Positions 51,676 through 60,403 of a stretch of DNA of 64,000 bases are shown here, one piece after another (position 1 is the first letter of the stretch; every line of letters begins with the position of its first letter). The notes beneath the pieces were generated by a model. That model was given only the letters and a program-made list of their open reading frames with translations. It was not told the origin of the DNA and did no database searches. Both the position numbers and the translations under genes were made by a program. Source of the stretch: a virus; IMG/VR virus record IMGVR_UViG_3300032268_001605, positions 1 to 64,000 of that record, one strand, 5' to 3'.

Positions 51676-52833
51676 ATGACGAATTTTCTCGATTTATCCA
51701 AAGTAACAGATTTTTCAACAATGCCACAAGAAATCCGCGAAAGAATGAATACCCTAACTCCCCGTGAGCGTAAGTATTTTATGACGATGTGGCCCAAATC
51801 TGGTGTACTTTACATCACTTCAAAACCCGGTGTCGCCAAATCTGCAATCGCACGTTCAATCGCAGATAAAATGGGTTTCAAATACCTTGATGTTCGACTT
51901 GCAATGTCCGACGAAACCGACTTCAAATTTCCCTTCTTGAAAGACGCCGAGTACAAAGGCAATATCTTCAAAGTATCTGGATATGCTGTACCTGAATGGG
52001 CATTTGAATCAAATAACCAACCAACAATCATTCACTTTGAAGAGTTGAACAGAGCACCACAGTTTGTTAGAAATGCCGCTCTTCAAATTCTACTTGAGAG
52101 ACAGATTGGTGAATTCAAATTCAATAACACTGTCTTAATGATGGCGAGTGGGAATCTTGGTGACGAAGATGGTACCGATGTTGAAGAATTCGATAACGCT
52201 CTTAACAACCGCCTAATTCACTTCTCACATACACTTGGTGCTGATGAATGGGTTGATAACTTTGGTAAAACAAACTGTCACCCTACAATAGTATCTTATA
52301 TCAGAGCGTATCCAGAGAAACTGTATCAGAATCCTACTGAGAACACAAAGGCTTACGCTACACCACGTTCTTGGTTATTCTTGAGTGACTTTATCACTAA
52401 AAACTTTGGTATGGAATGTTCTCCAAGAGAGTTTCTACCTTACCTACAAGAAGTAGCTCACGGTTACATTGGTAATGGTGCTCAAAGATTCTTACAATAC
52501 TGTCAAGAAATGGTGAATATCACAATCCAAGATATCATCGACAGATATGATAAAGTTGAGAAAGAACTTGATAAGTACAACCGTGATAAAAACTCCGAGT
52601 TGATTCAATCACTGAAAGAGTTCGACATCAAGAAGTTTACAGAGAAACAACTTGAAAATGTGACTAAGTTCTTGAAGAGAGTTAGTGACGATGAGTTGAC
52701 AGCATATCTTCTTCACATTTTGGACAATGTTGCTGATGTAGCAGATCCGAAGATTAAGAAATTCATGCAGAACTTCAGAGACGTTCTGGTTAATATCAAA
52801 CGAATCAACAAGCCTACGAAGGATTCTAAATAG
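51676..52833 (+). CDS. MoxR-like AAA+ ATPase (probable partner of the DUF2201/vWA protein)
   Basis: SKPGVAKS Walker A variant, IHFEELNRA Walker B, ASGN, ALNNR, ATPRSW. Confidence 0.85.
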   Translation: MTNFLDLSKVTDFSTMPQEIRERMNTLTPRERKYFMTMWPKSGVLYITSKPGVAKSAIARSIADKMGFKYLDVRLAMSDETDFKFPFLKDAEYKGNIFKVSGYAVPEWAFESNNQPTIIHFEELNRAPQFVRNAALQILLERQIGEFKFNNTVLMMASGNLGDEDGTDVEEFDNALNNRLIHFSHTLGADEWVDNFGKTNCHPTIVSYIRAYPEKLYQNPTENTKAYATPRSWLFLSDFITKNFGMECSPREFLPYLQEVAHGYIGNGAQRFLQYCQEMVNITIQDIIDRYDKVEKELDKYNRDKNSELIQSLKEFDIKKFTEKQLENVTKFLKRVSDDELTAYLLHILDNVADVADPKIKKFMQNFRDVLVNIKRINKPTKDSK

Positions 52834-52842
52834 TTTTAAGTT

Positions 52843-52879
52843 ACTCTCTCTGAAATTGAAACAGAGAGAGTTTTTTTTT
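52843..52879 (+). terminator. Intrinsic terminator
   Basis: actctctctg...cagagagagt then T-run. Confidence 0.75.
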
Positions 52880-52900
52880 GTATAAACAAAAATGTAAAAA

Positions 52901-53113
52901 ATGAAATTTAAAATTGTTATCAAATTAAAAAACGAACTCGGTGAATTCATATCTGAAGAGATGAGTGTCACAGAGGAACAATATAGGGGACTAATGGAAG
53001 TATCTAAAGATTTTTATCTTAATGGATATGAAATGTATCTACCAAATGGTTTTATGGTAGTAGGACCAGAAATTTTGAAAAAATCAATACTAATTATACA
53101 AGTAGTCGAATAA
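52901..53113 (+). CDS. Hypothetical protein
   Basis: 70-aa ORF abutting the next gene. Confidence 0.6.
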   Translation: MKFKIVIKLKNELGEFISEEMSVTEEQYRGLMEVSKDFYLNGYEMYLPNGFMVVGPEILKKSILIIQVVE

Positions 53114-53770
53114 ATGGAAATAAGAAAAAAATTCAAACGATTTGGTGGTGAATTCATACCGGATATTATTGAATATCTAAATGAGTTTTTGAAAAATCAA
53201 CCTGGTGTAACAATTAGTGTTGGTTGTGATTCTATACAAAAGAAGAGAAAAACTCTTTTTGCAATTACTATCATGTTATATAACCAAGATATTAAGAATG
53301 GGGCACATGTTGTTTTCTTCAGGGAGAACTTACCAAAAATACGTGATAACTTTGAGAGATTGACTCGTGAGGTTACATTTGCACATGAGTTGGCTGAATA
53401 TTTAGAGAATGAATTGTCACCAATCTATCAAAGAGAGGATTTATCCGAATTAGAGTTGAAAAAGTATAAATTTCATCTTGCAAAATGTAACGGAGAATTC
53501 TCTAACCTATCTAACTACGAAGAATATACAGTAACTAAAAATTTGACTCTTACAGAAATAGAAAAGAATTTTAAATACAAACTTGTAGATATTCACTTAG
53601 ATTTCAATCCTAAAGAAGGTCAAAATGACAGTAGAGGTTATGCTAAAAATCGTTCAAACGTTGCTTACAGGAGTTTTGTACCTTGGTTAAGAGGTACTGG
53701 TTTCAGAGTTTGGGCTAAACCATCCGCACACGCTAGTAGCTCTGCGGCTGATTTACTTGTTCAAGATTAA
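53114..53770 (+). CDS. RNase H-like YkuK (DUF458) family protein
   Basis: VGCDS, GAHV, RL..EV, IHLDFN, KP.A.A...AAD. Confidence 0.8.
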   Translation: MEIRKKFKRFGGEFIPDIIEYLNEFLKNQPGVTISVGCDSIQKKRKTLFAITIMLYNQDIKNGAHVVFFRENLPKIRDNFERLTREVTFAHELAEYLENELSPIYQREDLSELELKKYKFHLAKCNGEFSNLSNYEEYTVTKNLTLTEIEKNFKYKLVDIHLDFNPKEGQNDSRGYAKNRSNVAYRSFVPWLRGTGFRVWAKPSAHASSSAADLLVQD

Positions 53771-53800
53771 ACTTTAATTAAATTTATAATTATAAAAAAT

Positions 53801-54388
53801 ATGAAAAAAGAAGAATTAAAAATTTACGGACTATCCTATGCACACTCGAATTCCGGGTCTTATATATTAGTCTTGGGTCAGATGACTGGTAATTTAAAAT
53901 TGCCCGTTATTATAAAAGCACATGAGGCTCAGATCATTGCGCTAAAGTTAGAAAATATAGAATCACCGAAGCCACTATTACAAGAGGTTGTGTATAATCT
54001 AACAGAAAATTTAGGAGTGGATTTACAACAGGTTCTAATTTCACATATATTGGAGGGTGTATTTTATTGTAAATTAATCTTTACTACACCTACTGAAGAA
54101 TTCGAAATTAACTGTTCAATTGGTGATGCCATATCACTGTCACTTTATTATAGTTGCCCAATTATGTGCTCAAAAGAGGTGATGTCAATTTCTGGTATTC
54201 ATATGAGTGAAGATGGAGAAGTTTCAGAATCTCAAGAGACACAAAATAAACAAGATAGAGATTATAAATCAGTATTATCTGTGGATAATCTACAATCGAT
54301 GTTAGATAAGGCTATTGAAAATGAAGAATATGAAATCGCATCTCAATTAAGAGATAGAATAAACGAACTAAAAAAAATGAGTAAATAA
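53801..54388 (+). CDS. Bifunctional nuclease (DUF151) plus UVR domain
   Basis: Y.LVL, LPVII...EAQ.IA, EGVFY, DAI.L.L, C-terminal AIENEEYEIASQLRD. Confidence 0.88.
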   Translation: MKKEELKIYGLSYAHSNSGSYILVLGQMTGNLKLPVIIKAHEAQIIALKLENIESPKPLLQEVVYNLTENLGVDLQQVLISHILEGVFYCKLIFTTPTEEFEINCSIGDAISLSLYYSCPIMCSKEVMSISGIHMSEDGEVSESQETQNKQDRDYKSVLSVDNLQSMLDKAIENEEYEIASQLRDRINELKKMSK

Positions 54389-54413
54389 CTTTAAAAAAAA
54401 ATATATTTAAACT

Positions 54414-55223
54414 ATGATTTCATGGATAGGGGGAAAATCCTCCATAAGCAAATGGATAATACCATACATACCCGAAAATATTAAAACATATTGTGAACCC
54501 TTCAGTGGAGCCTATTGGGTATATCTGAAGATGGATCTTTCTAAATATAAAGATTTGGAGGAAATTGTTTATAACGATTACAATGATTACTTGGTAAACT
54601 TTTTTATGTGCTGTAAAGAACATGAAACCTTCCATAAGTTTGTATCGAAATATAAATCTCAGGACAAAGAATTATTTTATAAGTTTCAAAAAGAGCTTTA
54701 TAAGGACAGATTATCATATCAGATGCCGGATCATGCTACAGCTGTTAAGTTTGCTTATTTATGTACTCAAGTTTGGAGTGGTTTAAATAGTGAGACAAAT
54801 AAGTTTATAGATTTAAAGGATAAATATAAATCGAAATTTGATACTTTCAAAGATAAACTAATCAATAGAAAGTTTACAGACAACTTAGATAGAATTACAA
54901 ACTTTGAAAATCTAGATTTCCAGAAAGTGATAGAAAAATACGACAATGAAAACGCATTTTTCTACGTTGATGCACCATATTACACAACAGAACATTATTA
55001 TAGTAATAATGTTTTCTCAAAAGAAGACCACGAAAGACTAGCAAACGTTTTGAAATCAATTAAAGGTAGATTTGCAATGAGTTATTACTACTTTGAAGAT
55101 TTGGAAAAATGGTTTCCTAAGAATCAATATAATTGGCAGGAAAAAGAATTTAATAAGGCGGCTATGGCAAAAGCTGGTAAAGCACAGACTAAAGCAACTG
55201 AATTATTAGTAATGAATTATTAA
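54414..55223 (+). CDS. Dam-like (D12 class) DNA adenine methyltransferase
   Basis: WIGGK, EPFSG, YND, FYVDAPY (DPPY variant), ELLVMNY. Confidence 0.88.
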   Translation: MISWIGGKSSISKWIIPYIPENIKTYCEPFSGAYWVYLKMDLSKYKDLEEIVYNDYNDYLVNFFMCCKEHETFHKFVSKYKSQDKELFYKFQKELYKDRLSYQMPDHATAVKFAYLCTQVWSGLNSETNKFIDLKDKYKSKFDTFKDKLINRKFTDNLDRITNFENLDFQKVIEKYDNENAFFYVDAPYYTTEHYYSNNVFSKEDHERLANVLKSIKGRFAMSYYYFEDLEKWFPKNQYNWQEKEFNKAAMAKAGKAQTKATELLVMNY

Positions 55224-55224
55224 T

Positions 55225-55551
55225 ATGAAAAGAAGTAAAATCTGGATTAGGGATGCTATCAAAAATGGTTTAGTAAAATATTATACTGATCAGAAGGTCG
55301 TTGTATTTAGAAGAAAGGTTAATGGATATCCTCGTTCAATGAAAGACGGTGTTGTTTATAGGGTCAAATACACTCTACTTGATGATTTAGTTTTGATTGA
55401 AGATATAGACCACGAAGCACATAAATTTCTAAAAATACGGGAGTATAAAGTGAATAAGAGTTACGTCATACCGATAGATTTTTTAAGAGATGAATTAATT
55501 AGTGAAATTTTGGACTTTGATGAAGAGAGAGACGTCCAAATTAATAAATAA
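55225..55551 (+). CDS. Hypothetical protein with C-terminal RDELISEIL tag
   Basis: 108-aa ORF. Confidence 0.6.
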   Translation: MKRSKIWIRDAIKNGLVKYYTDQKVVVFRRKVNGYPRSMKDGVVYRVKYTLLDDLVLIEDIDHEAHKFLKIREYKVNKSYVIPIDFLRDELISEILDFDEERDVQINK

Positions 55552-55571
55552 TAAAAAATTAAAATTTTTTT

Positions 55572-55787
55572 ATGTTTTTTAAACCAGGTGATAGAGTTAT
55601 AAAAAATACTGGTGGTAACAAAATGACAATAGTTTCCTGCACTGATGAAACCGCTAATTGTGTTTGGATTACAGAAAATTTTCACGAATCAACATTTAAT
55701 GTCAAAGAACTTTTACCACTCAATCAATACGATAAAATTAGAAGAGGAGAAAAAAGAGAAGATTTAATCAATCAATTACTTAAATGA
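55572..55787 (+). CDS. YodC/DUF2158-like small protein with C-terminal REDLINQLL tag
   Basis: FKPGDRV..GG..MTI......CVW......F....L. Confidence 0.7.
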   Translation: MFFKPGDRVIKNTGGNKMTIVSCTDETANCVWITENFHESTFNVKELLPLNQYDKIRRGEKREDLINQLLK

Positions 55788-56089
55788 GGTTGTACAAATT
55801 AGTTACACAAAAAGCTACATTATGTTCCAGCCCAGATTTAGAGACTCTAGTTTCTATCGAAGATTTAAGTTCGGGAAGACCATCACTCTGTTGTTTGAGA
55901 AGAATAACCTCGGTATTTTATGAATCATCGAGAGTACTCAACATTAACGATATATTCCAATTATCTACTTTTGGTAAAACTTTAGTTTATAGACACACTT
56001 CTGGAAACATTGATTGGATTATAGACATTGAAAGAAATGAGTATAAAACCTTAAAAAGAATTTTGAAAATTAACCTAATTTTAGAATAA
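55784..56089 (+). CDS. Hypothetical protein
   Basis: 101-aa ORF ending KRILKINLILE. Confidence 0.55.
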   Translation: MRLYKLVTQKATLCSSPDLETLVSIEDLSSGRPSLCCLRRITSVFYESSRVLNINDIFQLSTFGKTLVYRHTSGNIDWIIDIERNEYKTLKRILKINLILE

Positions 56090-56120
56090 ACTACATATCG
56101 AAAATAAATATAAATTGTGT

Positions 56121-56255
56121 AATCTTGGTGGTGTAAAAAGCTCTTGGTGGCTGCCTAAAAGCACACACTGTACCTGCTCTGGCTTATAGATTGTACATCA
56201 TGCTTGTACAAATAGTGAGGTTGAGGTAGTTGGTTAATCCTCAGACAAGATTCTA
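56121..56255 (+). ncRNA. Candidate structured, loosely tRNA-like RNA
   Basis: Intergenic, GC-enriched; closing stem AATCTTG/CAAGATT plus CTA tail; inner stems TTGTACA/TGTACAA and TGAGG/CCTCA; terminator follows. Confidence 0.45.
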
Positions 56256-56256
56256 A

Positions 56257-56294
56257 GAATCCCTATTAAAAGTAGGGATTCATTTTTCATTTTT
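56257..56294 (+). terminator. Terminator after the candidate ncRNA
   Basis: gaatcccta...tagggattc then T-rich tail. Confidence 0.7.
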
Positions 56295-56365
56295 AATATA
56301 TAGAATTATGAGAATCTCAAAAATGGAATAAAGGATTCAATAAGAATGGATTCTCAAAAATATAC

Positions 56366-57484
56366 TTGTGTAAAATAATGGAGAGAATAGTAAAATTTAA
56401 AGATTTTGTAACTGAAGCACTTGGTGTTCCAACTGGAATTATACCACTAGCTAAACAGTTATTCGACCACCTTGTGGATAACATTGAAAAACAAGATAGT
56501 CTTGAGGATTTAATAAAGATTCCTATTTTGATGGAAGGTAATTTTTCCATAAATGATATGAAAATCAAAAAGATAATACTTGGATTAAATTTCAACGTAT
56601 ACATTAGTGGTAAAGGAAAAATTGATTTCTTAGGTATGGGTTCACACTTTCAGAGTCATAGTGGTGTGAGTAAAAAATTTAGAGTACCTTATGTGAAGAC
56701 AAATGATACAGATGAGATTTTAATTAGTATTGACTTAGCAGTCTCCCAAGAAATTATTGGACAAAGTATTATCGATTACTTGATATCACTTAAAAATTAT
56801 TTTATACCTATCTTTGCACACGAATTAAAACATTTTTATGATAAATTCAAAAAACCAAGACAACCGTTAGCCGTCTGGACGGAATACTCCACTATATCCA
56901 AAAACAATTTTGGTGGAGTAAAGCCACTTAATGACTATCTTTTCTTGTCATACTATTTGCATGAATTTGAAAATTTAGTTAGACCTACTGAATTTGCAGC
57001 AATGTTAGATATTCATAAGATAACACCAGATAAGTTTAAAGAATATTTTGTTAATACTGAAATCTATCAATTTTTGAAACAGGGTCAGAATTTCTCTCTT
57101 TCGAACCTCAAAAATGATTTGAAAAATTACCTAATACAAATGGTATCGATATTGTGTGACTTGGGATATAACCCAATACAAATTATTAAACTTGGTTCAG
57201 ATTCGATTGTTGAATTAATATTGAAAGAGTTCTATGAAAATATTCTAACTTGGAAAGGAGACACATTAGAAAAATTTTTATTCCCATTAGGAAAACATCC
57301 TATGAGATTCATTGGAAAAAAAGATGAATATTTTGATGATTATTTAAATAAAATCCTTAAATTTGGATCCGATTATAAGAAGTTCTATGAAAACGAAGAA
57401 AAGTTCTTGAAATCTGAATCAACTAAAATGATCAAAAAACTTTCTGGATTATACGCACTTACAGACATTTATAAAAAGAAATAA
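56366..57484 (+). CDS. Hypothetical protein with HExxH motif
   Basis: AHELKH...E; IVKFKDFVTEA leader. Confidence 0.65.
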   Translation: MCKIMERIVKFKDFVTEALGVPTGIIPLAKQLFDHLVDNIEKQDSLEDLIKIPILMEGNFSINDMKIKKIILGLNFNVYISGKGKIDFLGMGSHFQSHSGVSKKFRVPYVKTNDTDEILISIDLAVSQEIIGQSIIDYLISLKNYFIPIFAHELKHFYDKFKKPRQPLAVWTEYSTISKNNFGGVKPLNDYLFLSYYLHEFENLVRPTEFAAMLDIHKITPDKFKEYFVNTEIYQFLKQGQNFSLSNLKNDLKNYLIQMVSILCDLGYNPIQIIKLGSDSIVELILKEFYENILTWKGDTLEKFLFPLGKHPMRFIGKKDEYFDDYLNKILKFGSDYKKFYENEEKFLKSESTKMIKKLSGLYALTDIYKKK

Positions 57485-57486
57485 CT

Positions 57487-57666
57487 ATGAAACTACAATC
57501 AATTTGGAACTGGGAACTTTGGCACAAACTAAAAGGTGAATCAAATTTAGTAAAAGAAAAACCACAATTCGTCAAAGAAATTTTTGAGAAAGACAAAAGT
57601 GAAAAATCAGAAGATAATACTCTAGAAAAAAATTCTAATGACGATGGAAAAAATCAAACTATTTGA
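57487..57666 (+). CDS. Small hypothetical protein (59 aa)
   Basis: MKLQSIWNWELWHKLKGE...; fills the gap, below the ORF-track cutoff. Confidence 0.4.
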   Translation: MKLQSIWNWELWHKLKGESNLVKEKPQFVKEIFEKDKSEKSEDNTLEKNSNDDGKNQTI

Positions 57667-57994
57667 AAATTTTAATTACTCTTCTTTTGAAGAGGTAGAT
57701 GATTTACTCTTATCATTACAAGATCAAGGAATACTAAAGTTGAAAAATAAACCCTCCTTCCTAATCGAAACAGAAGAAGAAGAGGGAATCGGAGCACCTC
57801 AAATCGTCACTAGATACTCTATCACTAAAGATTTGGGTAAAATAGATTCAATCCAAAAACTTGAGACACTCGAAAACTTGTTGAGAGATTTTAGACAAGC
57901 AATGTCTAGAATTGGTACATTCGGTGATTACCTCATAGATTTAGGCGCAAAAGAATGGGAAGTCAAATTACCAGTACCAGATAAGATATAAATT

Positions 57995-59290
57995 TTAACA
58001 ACTTTGATTACACAAATAACTTATGTAACTTTTATCAGTTTTAAACTTACTAAAAACAACAATATTTGTTGAAACTCTATATCTCAATTTAGAATTTTTT
58101 ACTAATCCAAATAATTTATTCCAACTTTCTGGTAATTCACTGAAATATTCCTTCCATTGGTCTTTCAGTGAATTTTTAATCCATAATTCTGGGTAAAATT
58201 TCTTTGTCTTTTTTATTATTACTTCAAATCCCCTCCTTCCAATTTCTAAACTGGCATTGATTGGGTCAACATATTCATAAATACAATTACCTATAAATGA
58301 AGTATATACAGGATTTATTTTATAAATTTTTTGTCCATTTAAGACACATCTCTTTTCTAAATTATCTATGAAAATATTTCTTTTCCATAAATTTTTAGTT
58401 AATCTATTAAATGATTTATGATTTTTTTCATTCTTAAATTTTAAATCTTCTATGAAAATAAATTTACATTTATTTTTTAATGATATTTCAGATATTTTTT
58501 TTGATATTTCAAGTATTTCATGATTTAATTTATTATTTAAGTACTTCATTTCTGAGGAATTATTAGATTTATTTAATTTCTTAAATTTCTCAATTATTTT
58601 ACTTAGATTAAAACATTCAGTATGTAAAATATCATCGCCTTTTTTGATAGATAATCCAATAAATTCTGGGTTTAAATCAATTCCCATATAAATATCATCA
58701 TCTAAAACTTTATCAATTTTAATTTCTTCAAAAGAAAAATAGATATATTTGTCTGTTAATTTAATTTGATATGTTAACCCAACATTTTCATTAAGTAATT
58801 GAAGATTAGATAGTTTTTTCTTAAAATTATTTCTTAAATTTGGAAGTTCGAGTATAAAATGTTCTTTTTTATTTAATTTATAAATAATTTGATTATTATT
58901 TAAGATGTCTAGTTTAAATTTTCTATTTCCTTTTTGTGATTTTTCCCCAAAAATTGTTAAAGGGAGTAATCTTTTATACTTTAAAAAATCACCAGAAATC
59001 TTGTTTTTAGTTCTGTTTAAGAAGTTATGTTTTCCTCCAAAAATTACTTTATCATCACCATTTTTGTTTAAAATACTTTTACCTTCAATTATACCACATT
59101 GTTTAGTCCAGACATCTAAGTAGTTGATATTGTTCAATTTATAAAATGAATCTCTAATTTCCTTTTCTGTTAAACCATCTTTTAATCTATTATAAGAATA
59201 CCTAACAACTGAAGAATATTGTTTTCTTAGAGAAAACAATTTATCTTGAAATTCTAAAGTTGATTTATAAGGTAATTTAATAGTTATCAA
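57995..59290 (-). CDS. tnpB: TnpB-like RNA-guided nuclease lacking the Zn ribbon
   Basis: RYSYNR, GIDLNP (RuvC-I), FIEDL (RuvC-II), INPVYTS, D..NASLEI (RuvC-III). Confidence 0.85.
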   Translation of the reverse strand: MITIKLPYKSTLEFQDKLFSLRKQYSSVVRYSYNRLKDGLTEKEIRDSFYKLNNINYLDVWTKQCGIIEGKSILNKNGDDKVIFGGKHNFLNRTKNKISGDFLKYKRLLPLTIFGEKSQKGNRKFKLDILNNNQIIYKLNKKEHFILELPNLRNNFKKKLSNLQLLNENVGLTYQIKLTDKYIYFSFEEIKIDKVLDDDIYMGIDLNPEFIGLSIKKGDDILHTECFNLSKIIEKFKKLNKSNNSSEMKYLNNKLNHEILEISKKISEISLKNKCKFIFIEDLKFKNEKNHKSFNRLTKNLWKRNIFIDNLEKRCVLNGQKIYKINPVYTSFIGNCIYEYVDPINASLEIGRRGFEVIIKKTKKFYPELWIKNSLKDQWKEYFSELPESWNKLFGLVKNSKLRYRVSTNIVVFSKFKTDKSYISYLCNQSC

Positions 59291-59328
59291 AGTTATTAAT
59301 TATAATTTTATATAGTATATATTAACTT

Positions 59329-59925
59329 TCAAAACTCATTTTTTGAATTTTCTAAACTTTTTTTAATATTTTTTAATAAATTTCTTCTTTTAGAATAGTA
59401 TTTCATACTAAAATGATTTATTATTGTTAATAAATCATCAGTTAACTCATTTTCATAAGTTTTAGTATCAGAATTATCAAGTATAACTATATTACAGTTA
59501 TACTTATTAAATATATTTTTTAAATAATCATACCCAAATCTTGATAACCTATCTTTTGTTGAAATAAAAATATTTGATACTTTATTTTCCAAAACCATAT
59601 TAATTAGTTTATTAAAATCCAGCCTATCTTCATTCATACCAGAAGCGATATCTTTAAATACTTGGTCCACAATATATCCATTATATATCATATAATTTTT
59701 TATAAGATCAATTTGTCTATTTAGGTCTTCTTTTTGACTAGTATTTGAAACTCTACTATAGACAACATTTAATTTTTTATCTTCTTCAATATTTTGGTCT
59801 AAGTATAGGAATTTTCTTGATGATACTTTATTACATTTAATTTTTCCATCATCCACCCACCTTTTAAGTGTAGTATTTGATATTTTATACTTTGAACAAT
59901 ATTCTTTAGATTTTAACCATAACAT
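59329..59925 (-). CDS. tnpA: IS607-family serine recombinase transposase
   Basis: N-terminal HTH (TLKRW), YSRVS...QK.DL.RQ, DIASG, KDRLSRFG, EL..DL..I...FS...Y. Confidence 0.93.
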   Translation of the reverse strand: MLWLKSKEYCSKYKISNTTLKRWVDDGKIKCNKVSSRKFLYLDQNIEEDKKLNVVYSRVSNTSQKEDLNRQIDLIKNYMIYNGYIVDQVFKDIASGMNEDRLDFNKLINMVLENKVSNIFISTKDRLSRFGYDYLKNIFNKYNCNIVILDNSDTKTYENELTDDLLTIINHFSMKYYSKRRNLLKNIKKSLENSKNEF

Positions 59926-60403
59926 AAATTATTAAAATTATTTTAGTTATATATATTATTTATATCATCTCCTGTTTATAACATCAAAAAACTTACAAAT
60001 CTTTTAGGATATCCAAGCGACTTGGATTTAAGTGGGGGTTATTTTCCCTACGATAATGATATAGATGGATATCCGCGCGATGTTAAACTTAAATTTACTG
60101 TTGATGAAGATTTGAATGTTATAGTTGAAATCAAACCAGATTCTAAATTTTACTATATTAGAAAGGGAAATACACGATCCTATCACAAAATAGATAACAT
60201 GTCAACTTTAGTGACTGATGAGAAAGAGACCGCATTAAAGAAACATTTTTTAGACAATTATGGATTAAAGTTCATCGGTGATGAAGTAAGAGGAAAACTC
60301 AAATTCTATAAATTCATAAATAATTAATTTTTTTCTTCATAAGTATTGTTTTATTGGAAATATTTACCTATCTTTGTCTAAACAAATTTAAAAACGATAA
60401 ATT

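Larger units (their letters stand above)
57985..59981 (-). mobile_element. IS607-family element (tnpA + tnpB), ~2.0 kb
   Basis: Two IS genes; ATAA at both junctions (57981-57984, 59978-59981); interrupted target ORF. Confidence 0.88.
57644..60327 (+). pseudogene. Phage gene split by the IS607-family element
   Basis: Joining 57984 to 59982 restores one frame: ...VKLPVPD-N-IKKLTNLLGYPSDLDLSGG... to TAA 60327. Confidence 0.8.

Noticed and set aside
56121-56255. Canonical or selenocysteine tRNA
   Set aside because: No TTCRA T-loop, no U33-anticodon geometry giving UCA, and the length is excessive; kept only as an ncRNA candidate
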